DNA from: Salinivirgaceae bacterium
GTDB lineage: Bacteria; Bacteroidota; Bacteroidia; Bacteroidales; SZUA-534
Length of the DNA stretch: 64,000 nt
NCBI GenBank assembly: GCA_030620515.1
Contig: JAUXEM010000001.1
Coordinates: 2,779 to 66,778 of the forward strand
Reading direction: 5' to 3'
Both the position numbers and the translations under genes were made by a program. Shown here piece after piece: positions 55,507 to 64,000 of the stretch; position 1 is the first letter of the stretch; every line of letters starts with the position of its first letter. The notes beneath the pieces were generated by a model that saw only the letters and a list, made by a program, of their open reading frames with translations, was not told where the DNA came from and ran no database searches.

Positions 55507-56427
55507 ATGAAGAGAAATTGGTTAAAAATAGTATTTGCAGCTTTTATTGTAACATTATTGTTACAATTTGGATGTAAAGGAGATGGCAGTAAGAGTATTT
55601 CAAACGATATTGAAATACCTGATTCAATATTTAATGATAAACCCCTTATGATTTCAAAGGAAGCCATGGAAGATATTATAGATAATATATCTTCTCCAGT
55701 AGAAATGGCTGCTTTGCTTAAATCTTCGGGAGTTCCATTTTCACAAAAAATGCTTGCTTCAACAAGTAGAATAGATGATTTGAATACGAACTTTAAACAA
55801 GCTTTAAACCTTGGTGTGTATGGTTGTGATTTGGGCTATCTTAATATGTATGAAAAAACAGGGTCAGTAATTACTAATATGACAGCAATTAAAACACTGT
55901 CAAATGAACTAAGGATAGGGCAATTTTTTGATTTTAGTACCATAAAAAGGCTAGCAACAAATAATGAGAATCTTGACTCGTTAATGTATATATCGGTTTC
56001 AAGTTTCAATAATATGGACGAATATTTGAGGCAATCGAACAGAGGAAATATTAGTTCGCTTATAGTAACTGGAATGTGGATTGAAGGTATGTATTTAGCG
56101 GCTATGGTTGCAAAAGATGCTCCTAGAGCTGATATTGTTGAGCGTATTGCAGATCAGAAGCTTGTTTTAAACGATCTTATTTTAATTTTAAAGAATTATC
56201 AAAATGATCCTAGTTTTGTTGATTTAATAGCACAAATTGAAATCGTAAAAAAGGAATATGAAGGTGTGAAAATAACTTATGAAATGGGCGAACCTGAAGC
56301 AAAAGAGGTAGATGGAATGCTTATAATTATTCAAAACGACAAGCAGCATATTGATATGTCAGACGAGACCTTAACTAGTATTATTGGTGCAATTATTGAT
56401 GTACGTACTAAAATAATTAATTTGTAA
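55507..56427 (+). CDS. Lipoprotein of unknown function (helical)
   Basis: The ORF track start at 55465 is TTG; the ATG at 55507 gives MKRNWLKIVFAAFIVTLLLQFGC (lipobox). No family recognised. Confidence 0.65.
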   Translation: MKRNWLKIVFAAFIVTLLLQFGCKGDGSKSISNDIEIPDSIFNDKPLMISKEAMEDIIDNISSPVEMAALLKSSGVPFSQKMLASTSRIDDLNTNFKQALNLGVYGCDLGYLNMYEKTGSVITNMTAIKTLSNELRIGQFFDFSTIKRLATNNENLDSLMYISVSSFNNMDEYLRQSNRGNISSLIVTGMWIEGMYLAAMVAKDAPRADIVERIADQKLVLNDLILILKNYQNDPSFVDLIAQIEIVKKEYEGVKITYEMGEPEAKEVDGMLIIIQNDKQHIDMSDETLTSIIGAIIDVRTKIINL

Positions 56428-56428
56428 G

Positions 56429-56860
56429 ATGAAGAGAATTTTGAAAATAGTATTCGTTTTATTATTTCTTTCGAGTATTGGTAATACTTATGCTCAGAGT
56501 GATGAATTAGTTAATGTTTGTGCTTTGGGTATTGGTAATGCTACTTATTTAAAAGATTATAAGGTTAAGCTTTCTGCTAGTAGTGTATCGCCTCCAACTG
56601 CAAAGTTTAATGTTATTCTTAATAAAGGTACCTTGTATAAATTTACTGTATGTAATGCCGAAGGATATTCTGGTGAAGCTGTATTAACTTTAAGGGAGAA
56701 CGTAAAGGTTCTAGGATCAAATTTAAAGGCAGATGGAAGCTTTTTGACAGGACTTGGCTTCCAGTGCAACAAAACTGGTATGTATAGTATTAATATATCG
56801 TTTAAGGGTGGTAAAGCGGGTGCAGCAGTGGCTATACTTTCTTATGTAAATATGAAATAA
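56429..56860 (+). CDS. Small secreted beta-rich protein of unknown function
   Basis: 143 aa; signal peptide MKRILKIVFVLLFLSSIGNTYAQ. The ATG lies 1 nt after the upstream stop. Confidence 0.6.
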   Translation: MKRILKIVFVLLFLSSIGNTYAQSDELVNVCALGIGNATYLKDYKVKLSASSVSPPTAKFNVILNKGTLYKFTVCNAEGYSGEAVLTLRENVKVLGSNLKADGSFLTGLGFQCNKTGMYSINISFKGGKAGAAVAILSYVNMK

Positions 56861-59800
56861 TTATTTTAATATAATATTTATTAGTAAAGCTGGTTTGTTT
56901 TTGATTGTAATTGCTTTCAAAATTAAATCGGCTTTTATTTTATTTGCTTTAGCCGTTTTTAAATCAATATCTGCTAAAGATTTCAGGCCCTCGTTATTTG
57001 CAGCTAAAGCTTTTTTAACTGAGCTATTATTTATTAATTCAAACAAAAACTCCTTTTCAGTGAATTTAAGCTTTGTAGTAATTTTGGTTTTCCAAATAGT
57101 ATTTGAATACACAATTGCATTATCCTGAACTACAGCTATTGGAGTTGTAGAATGTTCATTTAAGGTTTCAATTATTTCATGTGCCAAGTCTAATTGCATT
57201 TTTGTTTCTCTAATGTCAGAAATATCACTTATTGTTCCTGAAATAATCCATTGACCATTTTTATTTTTGTAGAATCTTCCTGTATCTTTTATATACTTTA
57301 TTTCTGTTTTATTAAAAGGAGTAATTCTATAGCTTAGTGTATAGTTCTCTTTTTGTTGATAGCATTTTGAAAATATTTTTTTTACAGAGTACTTATCATC
57401 AGGGTGAATAATATCTATGATGCTTTTTAATCGAAAGTTTTCGTTTTCGTTGGTAATATTAAGAATACTCTTCGCTTTTTTGGAAAAGGCATAGGTATCT
57501 GTATCTATATTGTAGTCCCAAACACCAATTATATTGGTGGAAATAGCTTGATCTAATTGTAATTCCGACTTAGTTAGTGCAAATTCTTTTTCTTTTATAT
57601 AGGTAATATCTTGAATAATTCGAGTAATAAAATGACGAACAGGATTTGTTTGTTTAATTATTTTACAAATCTCATTTACTGTTTTTATTTGACCATTTTC
57701 AAGTTTAAGGTTGTATTGAATATTATGAGAATCTTCGTTTTTAATTGTTAATTCAAGTGTTTTGTTAACAGTAAGTCTATCTTCTTCCAAAATAAATTTA
57801 TTGTAGCACTCAGTAGTCTTTAGCGGCGTTTGTGTCTCAAGAATACCTATTAGCGAATCTGAGAAAGTTATGGATGTTGTATTTAACTCCGTTTCAATAT
57901 AGCCAGTTCTTGATAGTTTTTGAATTTCCTGCAAATGATTACTGTATTTTTCAAGTTCCATTTGTTTTAGTTTTAATTCTGTTATATCCTGAAAGGTTCC
58001 AATAGAACGTATAAGCTGTCCTTCCTGGTTTTTAACAAAAGTACCTTTTGCTCTAATGTATTTAATGATATTTTTAGGAGTAATAATTCTAAAGTCGAAA
58101 TCGAATGGTTTAGCAGAGCCTTTTGATTTGTGAAAAACAACTGCTGTAGCAAGTTTATCATTCGGATGAACCGACTCAAATAAATTATTGAAATGTATAT
58201 TGTTCCTTGTGTCTTTAAGTTCAAGAATGATTGCTACTTCATCCGAAAATTGTGTTTGTTTTGTAATGTAATCATAATTCCAGTATCCTACTTTAGCAAT
58301 ATGTTCTGCTTGTTTAGATCTGTTTTCGCTTTCGCGAAGAGCAATTTCCGATTCTCTTATTCTAGTAATGTCTAGCGAAGTGCCCCTGAGTTTTATTACT
58401 TCCTCAGCATTGTTTAAAACAGGTTTATAATTAATTGAAATATGTTTAATTTTATTATTAACCATAATACGTATTATACCTTCACCAGTTTTCTTTTGTT
58501 CAACGCACTCTTTAAATGCTGTATTAAGAATATTGTGGTCGGTTGGTAGTACTTTTTCAAGCAATTGATTTGTGTTTAAGAAGTACTGCAGTTTTTCGGT
58601 GCCAAAAATGTGTCTGTTTTCAACGTTGTCAAATAACAAATCCTTTTTTACATCGTATTCCCAATAACCAAGTTTAGTAATTTTTTGCGCTTCTTTTAAT
58701 AGTTGATCTGATTGTTCAACCTGCTTTTCAATGTTTTTTAACTCGGTTATATCAACTGAAATACCTAGTATAATTGGATTTCCGGTAGAAGGATTGTGTA
58801 GAGTTTTAATTGTTTTAACTTGCTTGGCTTGCCCTATAATATTTGTAAACACATGCTCTTTTTCTAAGCGTTTTTTATTTTTTAATACTTTAATATCCTC
58901 ATTATTTAATTCTTTAGCAAGCGCCTTTGATTGAAATAGTTCAAAATCGGTACAGCCTATAGCATCTTCATTTGAAATATTGGTCATTAGTTCCATTGCC
59001 TTGTTCCAATACAGATACCTTAAATCGGGTGTAGTTTTTGCAAATAATGAAACAGGTAAATTTTCCATAATGGTTTCAAGAAATAGCCTGTATTCTTCAT
59101 TCTGAAATTCTGCTTCTTTTCTTTTCGAAATATCTCGCCTAAAAATCAGTATTGCAGGTTTTTCTTCATGTACTACAGGAATATAGCTTATTGAATAGTG
59201 TTTATACTGCCCATCTTTATTTATTAATCGTTTTTCAATTTTTATCTTCTTATTCTTTTTCACTTTTTCTATTGCGTTTTTTGCCGAATCTTTATCTTCA
59301 GCATGAAAAAGGTCAAATTGCTTATGATTTAAACCAAGAAACTCAGATAAATTGTATCCGAGCATTTCATAAAGGGTAGTGTTGTAAACAATGGGTTTCA
59401 TGTTTAAATCAAATAGTCCAATACCATCATTTGCATTCTCAATTAGCGTGCGGTACTTATATTCACTATTTAGTAACTCTTCGTTAGCTTTTTTTTCCGC
59501 TGAAATATCTTGTACCATTGCTATTGCTTTATTTGGTAACCCTTGCTTATTTTGTATGGCTGAAACGGTTACCTTAACCCAAACTTTGGTAGTATCTTTT
59601 TTCAGATACCTTTTAGATATTGTGAAAGAATTTATTTTTCCTTTAAATAGACGATTATATAGTAATGAATTTGTTTCAAAATCTTCAGCAAAAGTTAAAG
59701 TTTGCATGTTTTGCTGCATAATTTCTTCTTTTGAGTATCCAAGAATTTTGCAGAAATGATTGTTTAGCATTTCAGGCTGCAGTAGTTTGTTCATTAGTAC

Positions 59801-60664
59801 AATTGCCATTGGAGCATGTTCGAAGATAGAACGGAATTTTTCCTCGCTTTTTCTTAATTCATCCTTTGTGTATTCAAATGCAGTAATGTCGTGTATAATA
59901 CCAAATGAAAGCACTGGGTTACATTTACTGTCATAATTAGTGTAGCACTTTTGAATTACGTGTTTTACTGCTCCATTTTGTAATTTAAGTCTATGAGCTA
60001 TTTCATACCCCGACTTGCTAATAATTGCATTTTTAAATGTAAGTTCTACTTCTTCTTTATCATCAGCATGCACAAACAATAAAAAGGACTTAAATGATGG
60101 ACTTATTTTGGTTCTATCTGAAATGTTAAGTATTTTATAGAATTCATCGGACCAGGTATGGGCTTTTGTTTCATGATTTTCAGTCCATTGCCCAATATTA
60201 GCAATACTTTGCGATTCTTTTAATTGTTGTTTCTTTTCAATTAATTCTTGACGTTGAAATTGTATATTTGTTGTATTACTAATTGAAAATAGAAAACTAT
60301 CTGCACCTGTCTTTTTTAGTTTTAAACTGTAGCTTTCTTTTTTAGAAGTTAAGTTAAGTTTTAGCAAACCATCTTTTTTGTACCCTTTTGCTTGTACTAG
60401 CAAATTTGACGAAAAGTTATCGAGAAAACTAAATGCTTCTGTAGCAGGCATCGGTAGCTCTTTGCTAGTTATTCCTGATAATTCAAAGAATGAATTGTTG
60501 GCGGTAGATAGTAAATAACTATCCTGATTTTTGCCATTTGATTCAATCTCAATAATTCCACTTGCATCTATGGCATCAGTAAAAAAACTTTTATAATTAG
60601 ATAGTTGATCTTTTAATTCAGCTATCTCATATTCCGGGCTATTTTTCGATTGTTTCTCTTTCAT
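56861..60664 (-). CDS. Multi-PAS (about 9-10 PAS/PAC units) protein without recognisable output domain
   Basis: 1267 aa; recurrent PAS_3-type motifs (IGQWTENHETKAHTWSDEF, LGYWEYDVKKD, VGYWNYDYITKQ, IGVWDYNIDTD) and PAC ends (..DISAEKKA, ..DISKRKEAE, ..DITELK). No HisKA/HATPase, GGDEF, EAL, HTH or REC motifs seen. Confidence 0.85.
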   Translation of the reverse strand: MKEKQSKNSPEYEIAELKDQLSNYKSFFTDAIDASGIIEIESNGKNQDSYLLSTANNSFFELSGITSKELPMPATEAFSFLDNFSSNLLVQAKGYKKDGLLKLNLTSKKESYSLKLKKTGADSFLFSISNTTNIQFQRQELIEKKQQLKESQSIANIGQWTENHETKAHTWSDEFYKILNISDRTKISPSFKSFLLFVHADDKEEVELTFKNAIISKSGYEIAHRLKLQNGAVKHVIQKCYTNYDSKCNPVLSFGIIHDITAFEYTKDELRKSEEKFRSIFEHAPMAIVLMNKLLQPEMLNNHFCKILGYSKEEIMQQNMQTLTFAEDFETNSLLYNRLFKGKINSFTISKRYLKKDTTKVWVKVTVSAIQNKQGLPNKAIAMVQDISAEKKANEELLNSEYKYRTLIENANDGIGLFDLNMKPIVYNTTLYEMLGYNLSEFLGLNHKQFDLFHAEDKDSAKNAIEKVKKNKKIKIEKRLINKDGQYKHYSISYIPVVHEEKPAILIFRRDISKRKEAEFQNEEYRLFLETIMENLPVSLFAKTTPDLRYLYWNKAMELMTNISNEDAIGCTDFELFQSKALAKELNNEDIKVLKNKKRLEKEHVFTNIIGQAKQVKTIKTLHNPSTGNPIILGISVDITELKNIEKQVEQSDQLLKEAQKITKLGYWEYDVKKDLLFDNVENRHIFGTEKLQYFLNTNQLLEKVLPTDHNILNTAFKECVEQKKTGEGIIRIMVNNKIKHISINYKPVLNNAEEVIKLRGTSLDITRIRESEIALRESENRSKQAEHIAKVGYWNYDYITKQTQFSDEVAIILELKDTRNNIHFNNLFESVHPNDKLATAVVFHKSKGSAKPFDFDFRIITPKNIIKYIRAKGTFVKNQEGQLIRSIGTFQDITELKLKQMELEKYSNHLQEIQKLSRTGYIETELNTTSITFSDSLIGILETQTPLKTTECYNKFILEEDRLTVNKTLELTIKNEDSHNIQYNLKLENGQIKTVNEICKIIKQTNPVRHFITRIIQDITYIKEKEFALTKSELQLDQAISTNIIGVWDYNIDTDTYAFSKKAKSILNITNENENFRLKSIIDIIHPDDKYSVKKIFSKCYQQKENYTLSYRITPFNKTEIKYIKDTGRFYKNKNGQWIISGTISDISDIRETKMQLDLAHEIIETLNEHSTTPIAVVQDNAIVYSNTIWKTKITTKLKFTEKEFLFELINNSSVKKALAANNEGLKSLADIDLKTAKANKIKADLILKAITIKNKPALLINIILK

Positions 60665-60698
60665 AATTTAATTGGAAACAATATTTGGTCAGTTTGGT

Positions 60699-61685
60699 TC
60701 AAAACCAAATAATAATAACAATTGTTGCAAATAATAAAGTAAAAAATAATTCAGCAAGCCACTTGCTTCTAATCTCTACAAAAAACAAGGTAAATATTAT
60801 GGACATGGGAATAGCCATAAAATATGCTAATTCTTCACCCATGGATGGCATAGTTGTATATAAAGCTAATCCTAATACAAACATCCAAATAAATAGTATA
60901 TAGTACTTTCTGCTACTAATTTTCTTTGTTCCAATAATTCTAAGTGTTGTAAGCAACGTAACAAGTAGTATAAAAGAGAAAGTTGCAAATGCTATAATAT
61001 TAATATCTGAAAACTGTAGAATATTTTCAGATGATATTGTTAATAGCTCAATATAACTGTTTTTTGAAAATGAAAAGTTGTTATTTAAGTAGGCAATTGA
61101 TAGATAGAATGCTATGGGTGTTAGTAGGCCCAAAATAGAAGCCATCCATTCTCGCCAATTAAAGTTTTTTAAAACAAATAATGTAATCCAAATAATAAGT
61201 AGAATAAATATTAGTGTTGGTGTTATTAATGTCGCAAGTCCCAAAAACAAACCGCTTTCATAATACTTTTTTATCTGATTTCTGTCTTTTGTTATTAACA
61301 GTCCCTTATCAAAGGACAGAAGAATAAATAAATTTGCGATTAAAGCTGGTTGTAGTGCTTGGTTCGAAAAAAGAGCAGAACAAATTAGCACGAATATTAC
61401 TGCTGGTAAATAGGTTTTACTCTCAATAAATATATACTTAAAGTTTAATCGAATTAATAAATACGATTGCAAAACACAAAGAATTAGTGCTATTATGGTA
61501 CTTAAATAGTAATTTGCTTGTAATGGGCTTGTTAACCAGCCATATACTGGCGAATATTGTTTAATAGTAGCTACTGGTTTTAACGACAATTCCGGAAATA
61601 GTGAGGGCAACCAAAGCAGTATTCCAAGTATAGGAATTAATACAACTACATATGGCAAATTACTCTTAAAAAACTTTAATAACAT
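60699..61685 (-). CDS. Polytopic membrane protein, unknown function
   Basis: 328 aa with about 9 hydrophobic helices; 10-bp gap to purD. No family assigned. Confidence 0.65.
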   Translation of the reverse strand: MLLKFFKSNLPYVVVLIPILGILLWLPSLFPELSLKPVATIKQYSPVYGWLTSPLQANYYLSTIIALILCVLQSYLLIRLNFKYIFIESKTYLPAVIFVLICSALFSNQALQPALIANLFILLSFDKGLLITKDRNQIKKYYESGLFLGLATLITPTLIFILLIIWITLFVLKNFNWREWMASILGLLTPIAFYLSIAYLNNNFSFSKNSYIELLTISSENILQFSDINIIAFATFSFILLVTLLTTLRIIGTKKISSRKYYILFIWMFVLGLALYTTMPSMGEELAYFMAIPMSIIFTLFFVEIRSKWLAELFFTLLFATIVIIIWF

Positions 61686-61695
61686 GTGGCTCTAT

Positions 61696-62964
61696 TTAAA
61701 TATCAAATCCTATATCTTTTCGATAATTTTTCCCATCGAAAGAAATTGTTTCAGCACTTTTGTATGATTTTTTTAATGCTTCTGCTTTATTTTCAGCTAT
61801 TGATGTTAGTGCAATTACACGACCACCATTGGTAACAATATCGTTTCCTTTTTTTAGTGTTCCAGCATGAAATAGTAAACTTTCTTTGACATTATTTAGT
61901 CCTGTTATAAGCTTGCCTTTTTCGTAATTTTCAGGGTAACCACCCGACACTAGCATAACTGTTGTGGCAGTTTCAGAATTAAACTCGCAAGGGTATTCAT
62001 TTAGTTTTTGGCTAGGTACAGCAGCTAATAAGTCTAGTAAATCTGATTTTATTCGCGGAATAACTACCTCGGTTTCCGGATCGCCCATTCTAACATTATA
62101 TTCAATTACATATGGTTCCATATTTACCTCAATAAGACCAAAAAATACAAAGCCTTGATAATGAATGCCATCTTTTTTTAACCCTTGAATGGTTGGCTCA
62201 ATAATTCTTTCAATTACTTTTTTGGTAAATCTTTCGTTGGCAAATGGTACTGGAGAAACGGCTCCCATGCCTCCTGTGTTTAATCCTGCATCGTTTTCGC
62301 CTATGCGCTTATAATCTTTTGCTTCTGGAAATAGTTTGTAATTATTACCATCGCTTAAGGCAAAATAAGAAACCTCAAGTCCTGATAAGAACTCTTCTAT
62401 AACTACTTTGTTTGAAGCTTCTCCAAATTGACCTTCCAACATTTTTTTTAATGCATCTTTGGCTTCTTGCAAATCATCAATAATTAAAACGCCTTTACCT
62501 GCAGCTAAACCATCAGCTTTAAGAACATATGGAGCTTTAAGTGTTTCTAAAAAAGCATAACCATTGGTTAATGTATTGTGGGTAAAGCTTTCATAAGCAG
62601 CAGTGGGAATATTATGTCGTGCCATAAATTCTTTAGCAAACTCTTTACTGCCTTCAAGTTGAGCGCCATGTTTATCAGGTCCTATTACGGGAATATGCTT
62701 TATTTCACTATCATTTTCAAAAAAATCGCGAATACCTTTTACTAATGGATCTTCAGGACCAACAATAATAAGGTTAATATTTAATTCTAAGGCTTTAATT
62801 TTAAGAGCATCAAAATCGGTAGCTGAAATGTTTATATTCTCGCCTACTACACTGGTGCCTGCATTACCAGGAGCAATATATAGCTTATTAAGATTTTTGC
62901 TTTGTGCAATTTTCCAGGCAAGAGTATGTTCTCTACCGCCACTTCCAAGAATTAAAACATTCAT
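61696..62964 (-). CDS. purD: Phosphoribosylamine-glycine ligase
   Basis: 422 aa; MNVLILGSGGREHTLAWK, ATP-grasp core LKADGLAAGKGV, and RMGDPETEVV. Confidence 0.95.
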   Translation of the reverse strand: MNVLILGSGGREHTLAWKIAQSKNLNKLYIAPGNAGTSVVGENINISATDFDALKIKALELNINLIIVGPEDPLVKGIRDFFENDSEIKHIPVIGPDKHGAQLEGSKEFAKEFMARHNIPTAAYESFTHNTLTNGYAFLETLKAPYVLKADGLAAGKGVLIIDDLQEAKDALKKMLEGQFGEASNKVVIEEFLSGLEVSYFALSDGNNYKLFPEAKDYKRIGENDAGLNTGGMGAVSPVPFANERFTKKVIERIIEPTIQGLKKDGIHYQGFVFFGLIEVNMEPYVIEYNVRMGDPETEVVIPRIKSDLLDLLAAVPSQKLNEYPCEFNSETATTVMLVSGGYPENYEKGKLITGLNNVKESLLFHAGTLKKGNDIVTNGGRVIALTSIAENKAEALKKSYKSAETISFDGKNYRKDIGFDI

Positions 62965-63129
62965 ATTCGATATTTTGAGATTATTGGGTAAAAATAAGAA
63001 TTACTGTGTGAATAATGAAGCCTAGCTCATAAATTTGTAATTTACTTTTCCAATTGCATTATATTTATAGTATTAGCGACAATGTGTCTGTAAAATTGTT
63101 TTGGTTTGTTTATTGATTAACAATAGAAT

Positions 63130-63804
63130 ATGTCTGAGAAACAAAAGTTAAAGTTTGCACTTATTTTCCCTCTAGCCTTTTTATTGCTTATGTGGATGGT
63201 GTATTTTGTTTTTTGGTGGCTTGATGCAGAAATGGGGCTCATTGGAATTGCTCCTCAAAAATTAAAAGGTGTAATTGGAATTGTCTTTTCACCATTTGCA
63301 CATGGAAGTATTTCACATATTACTTCTAATTCTGTTTCATTTATTATTTTATCAGCAGGACTATTCTATTTTTATCGGCTTATTGCATATCGCGTTTTTC
63401 TAATAAACTGGTTAATTTCAGGTATTTTATTGTGGATTGGTGGGCGTGGCTCTGTGCATATTGGTGCCAGTGGCATTGTTTATGGTTTAGCCTTTTTCTT
63501 GTTTTTTAGTGGTGTTTTTAGGCGAGATAAAAAGCTTAGTGCTATATCAATGATTGTTGTATTCTTTTACGGAAGCATGATATGGGGAATGATGCCGCAA
63601 CAAACCAACATAAGCTGGGAGGGTCATTTGTTTGGAGCAATAGCCGGCTTAAGTTTAGCTTGGTACTATCGTAAAAAGCCTGTTGATTTTGTTTTAGAAA
63701 ACGATGGAACCTCTGTTTCAGTTACCTGGGGGCAATACGATGGTTTTGAATACGATTATGTTGAGAAGGAAGGTGAAAAGGAAGATGCTAGTTTTAATAA
63801 TTGA
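63130..63804 (+). CDS. Rhomboid-family intramembrane serine protease
   Basis: 224 aa; six TM helices, catalytic GASGIVYG and HLFGAIAG motifs, and an acidic C-terminal tail. Confidence 0.85.
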   Translation: MSEKQKLKFALIFPLAFLLLMWMVYFVFWWLDAEMGLIGIAPQKLKGVIGIVFSPFAHGSISHITSNSVSFIILSAGLFYFYRLIAYRVFLINWLISGILLWIGGRGSVHIGASGIVYGLAFFLFFSGVFRRDKKLSAISMIVVFFYGSMIWGMMPQQTNISWEGHLFGAIAGLSLAWYYRKKPVDFVLENDGTSVSVTWGQYDGFEYDYVEKEGEKEDASFNN

Positions 63805-63844
63805 CGTATTTATCTAACATCTTTTTATCTATTATCTTTCCCAA

Positions 63845-64000
63845 CTACTTTTTTCGCATATAAATTGAAATAGGTACTCCACAAAAATCATATTCTTCTC
63901 GCAAGCGGTTTTCCAAATATCGTTTATAAGGTTCTTTTACGTATTGAGGTAAATTACAGTAAAAAGCAAACTGTGGAGCATGTGTAGGTAATTGTGTTAC
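63845..64000 (-). CDS. der: GTPase Der (EngA), C-terminal 51 codons (partial, runs off window end)
   Basis: Reverse translation VTQLPTHAPQFAFYCNLPQYVKEPYKRYLENRLREEYDFCGVPISIYMRKK* matches the conserved KH-like C-terminus of Der. Not in the ORF track because it is under 60 aa. Confidence 0.75.
   Translation of the reverse strand, partial: VTQLPTHAPQFAFYCNLPQYVKEPYKRYLENRLREEYDFCGVPISIYMRKK

Noticed and set aside
10574-59759. Many 60-122-aa ORFs nested in or antisense to long genes (e.g. 10574..10882, 14550..14813, 24120..24425, 24873..25073, 25099..25349, 36900..37109, 52541..52861, 53417..53704, 59391..59759)
   Set aside because: They are shadow ORFs inside confidently assigned genes (holB, sdhA, trkH, TBDR, ABC, PAS protein) and have no independent support.
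1-64000. tRNA, rRNA, tmRNA genes, prophage or ICE backbone
   Set aside because: No T-loop/anticodon-arm-like sequences and no rRNA-like conserved blocks were noticed. No integrase, terminase, capsid or conjugation genes are present. The only mobility genes are the Y1 transposase and the Rpn-like nuclease.

Overview
AT-rich chromosomal window with Bacteroidota-type gene content: frd/sdhCAB, trkAH, TonB-dependent receptor, PD-(D/E)XK Rpn-like gene, four-helix-bundle gene, and no visible Shine-Dalgarno usage. About 50 protein-coding genes are supportable. I found no rRNA, tRNA or CRISPR. Housekeeping genes: holB, sdhCAB, trkH/trkA, comEC, def, ruvX, glmM, rluB, thyA, folA, purD and a partial der. 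The first 12.9 kb is an accessory-rich polysaccharide locus (two glycosyltransferases and a polytopic membrane protein). It is interrupted by orphan cassettes: a DUF4143 AAA ATPase, a HEPN/MNT toxin-antitoxin pair, an ATPase_2-type ATPase, and a Y1 HUH (RAYT/IS200-like) transposase. Each cassette is embedded in a module-shuffled intergenic repeat mosaic. Two further dispersed repeat families occur across the window: AGACCTGCCT..CAGACAGG palindromes and a hairpin/T-rich spacer/hairpin element. The most interesting candidate is a ten-gene same-strand block at 45.5-56.9 kb. It joins a CheR/CheR'/receiver-less CheB methylation module to two GAF proteins, a SiaA/SiaB/SiaC-like PP2C-kinase-DUF1987 partner switch, a TerB-like::ABC-G exporter fusion and two exported proteins. 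The window contains no MCP, CheA, CheW or GGDEF gene. A 1267-aa PAS-only protein abuts this block convergently with no intergenic base. All functional calls rest on reading the translations by eye for motifs. No database search was run.
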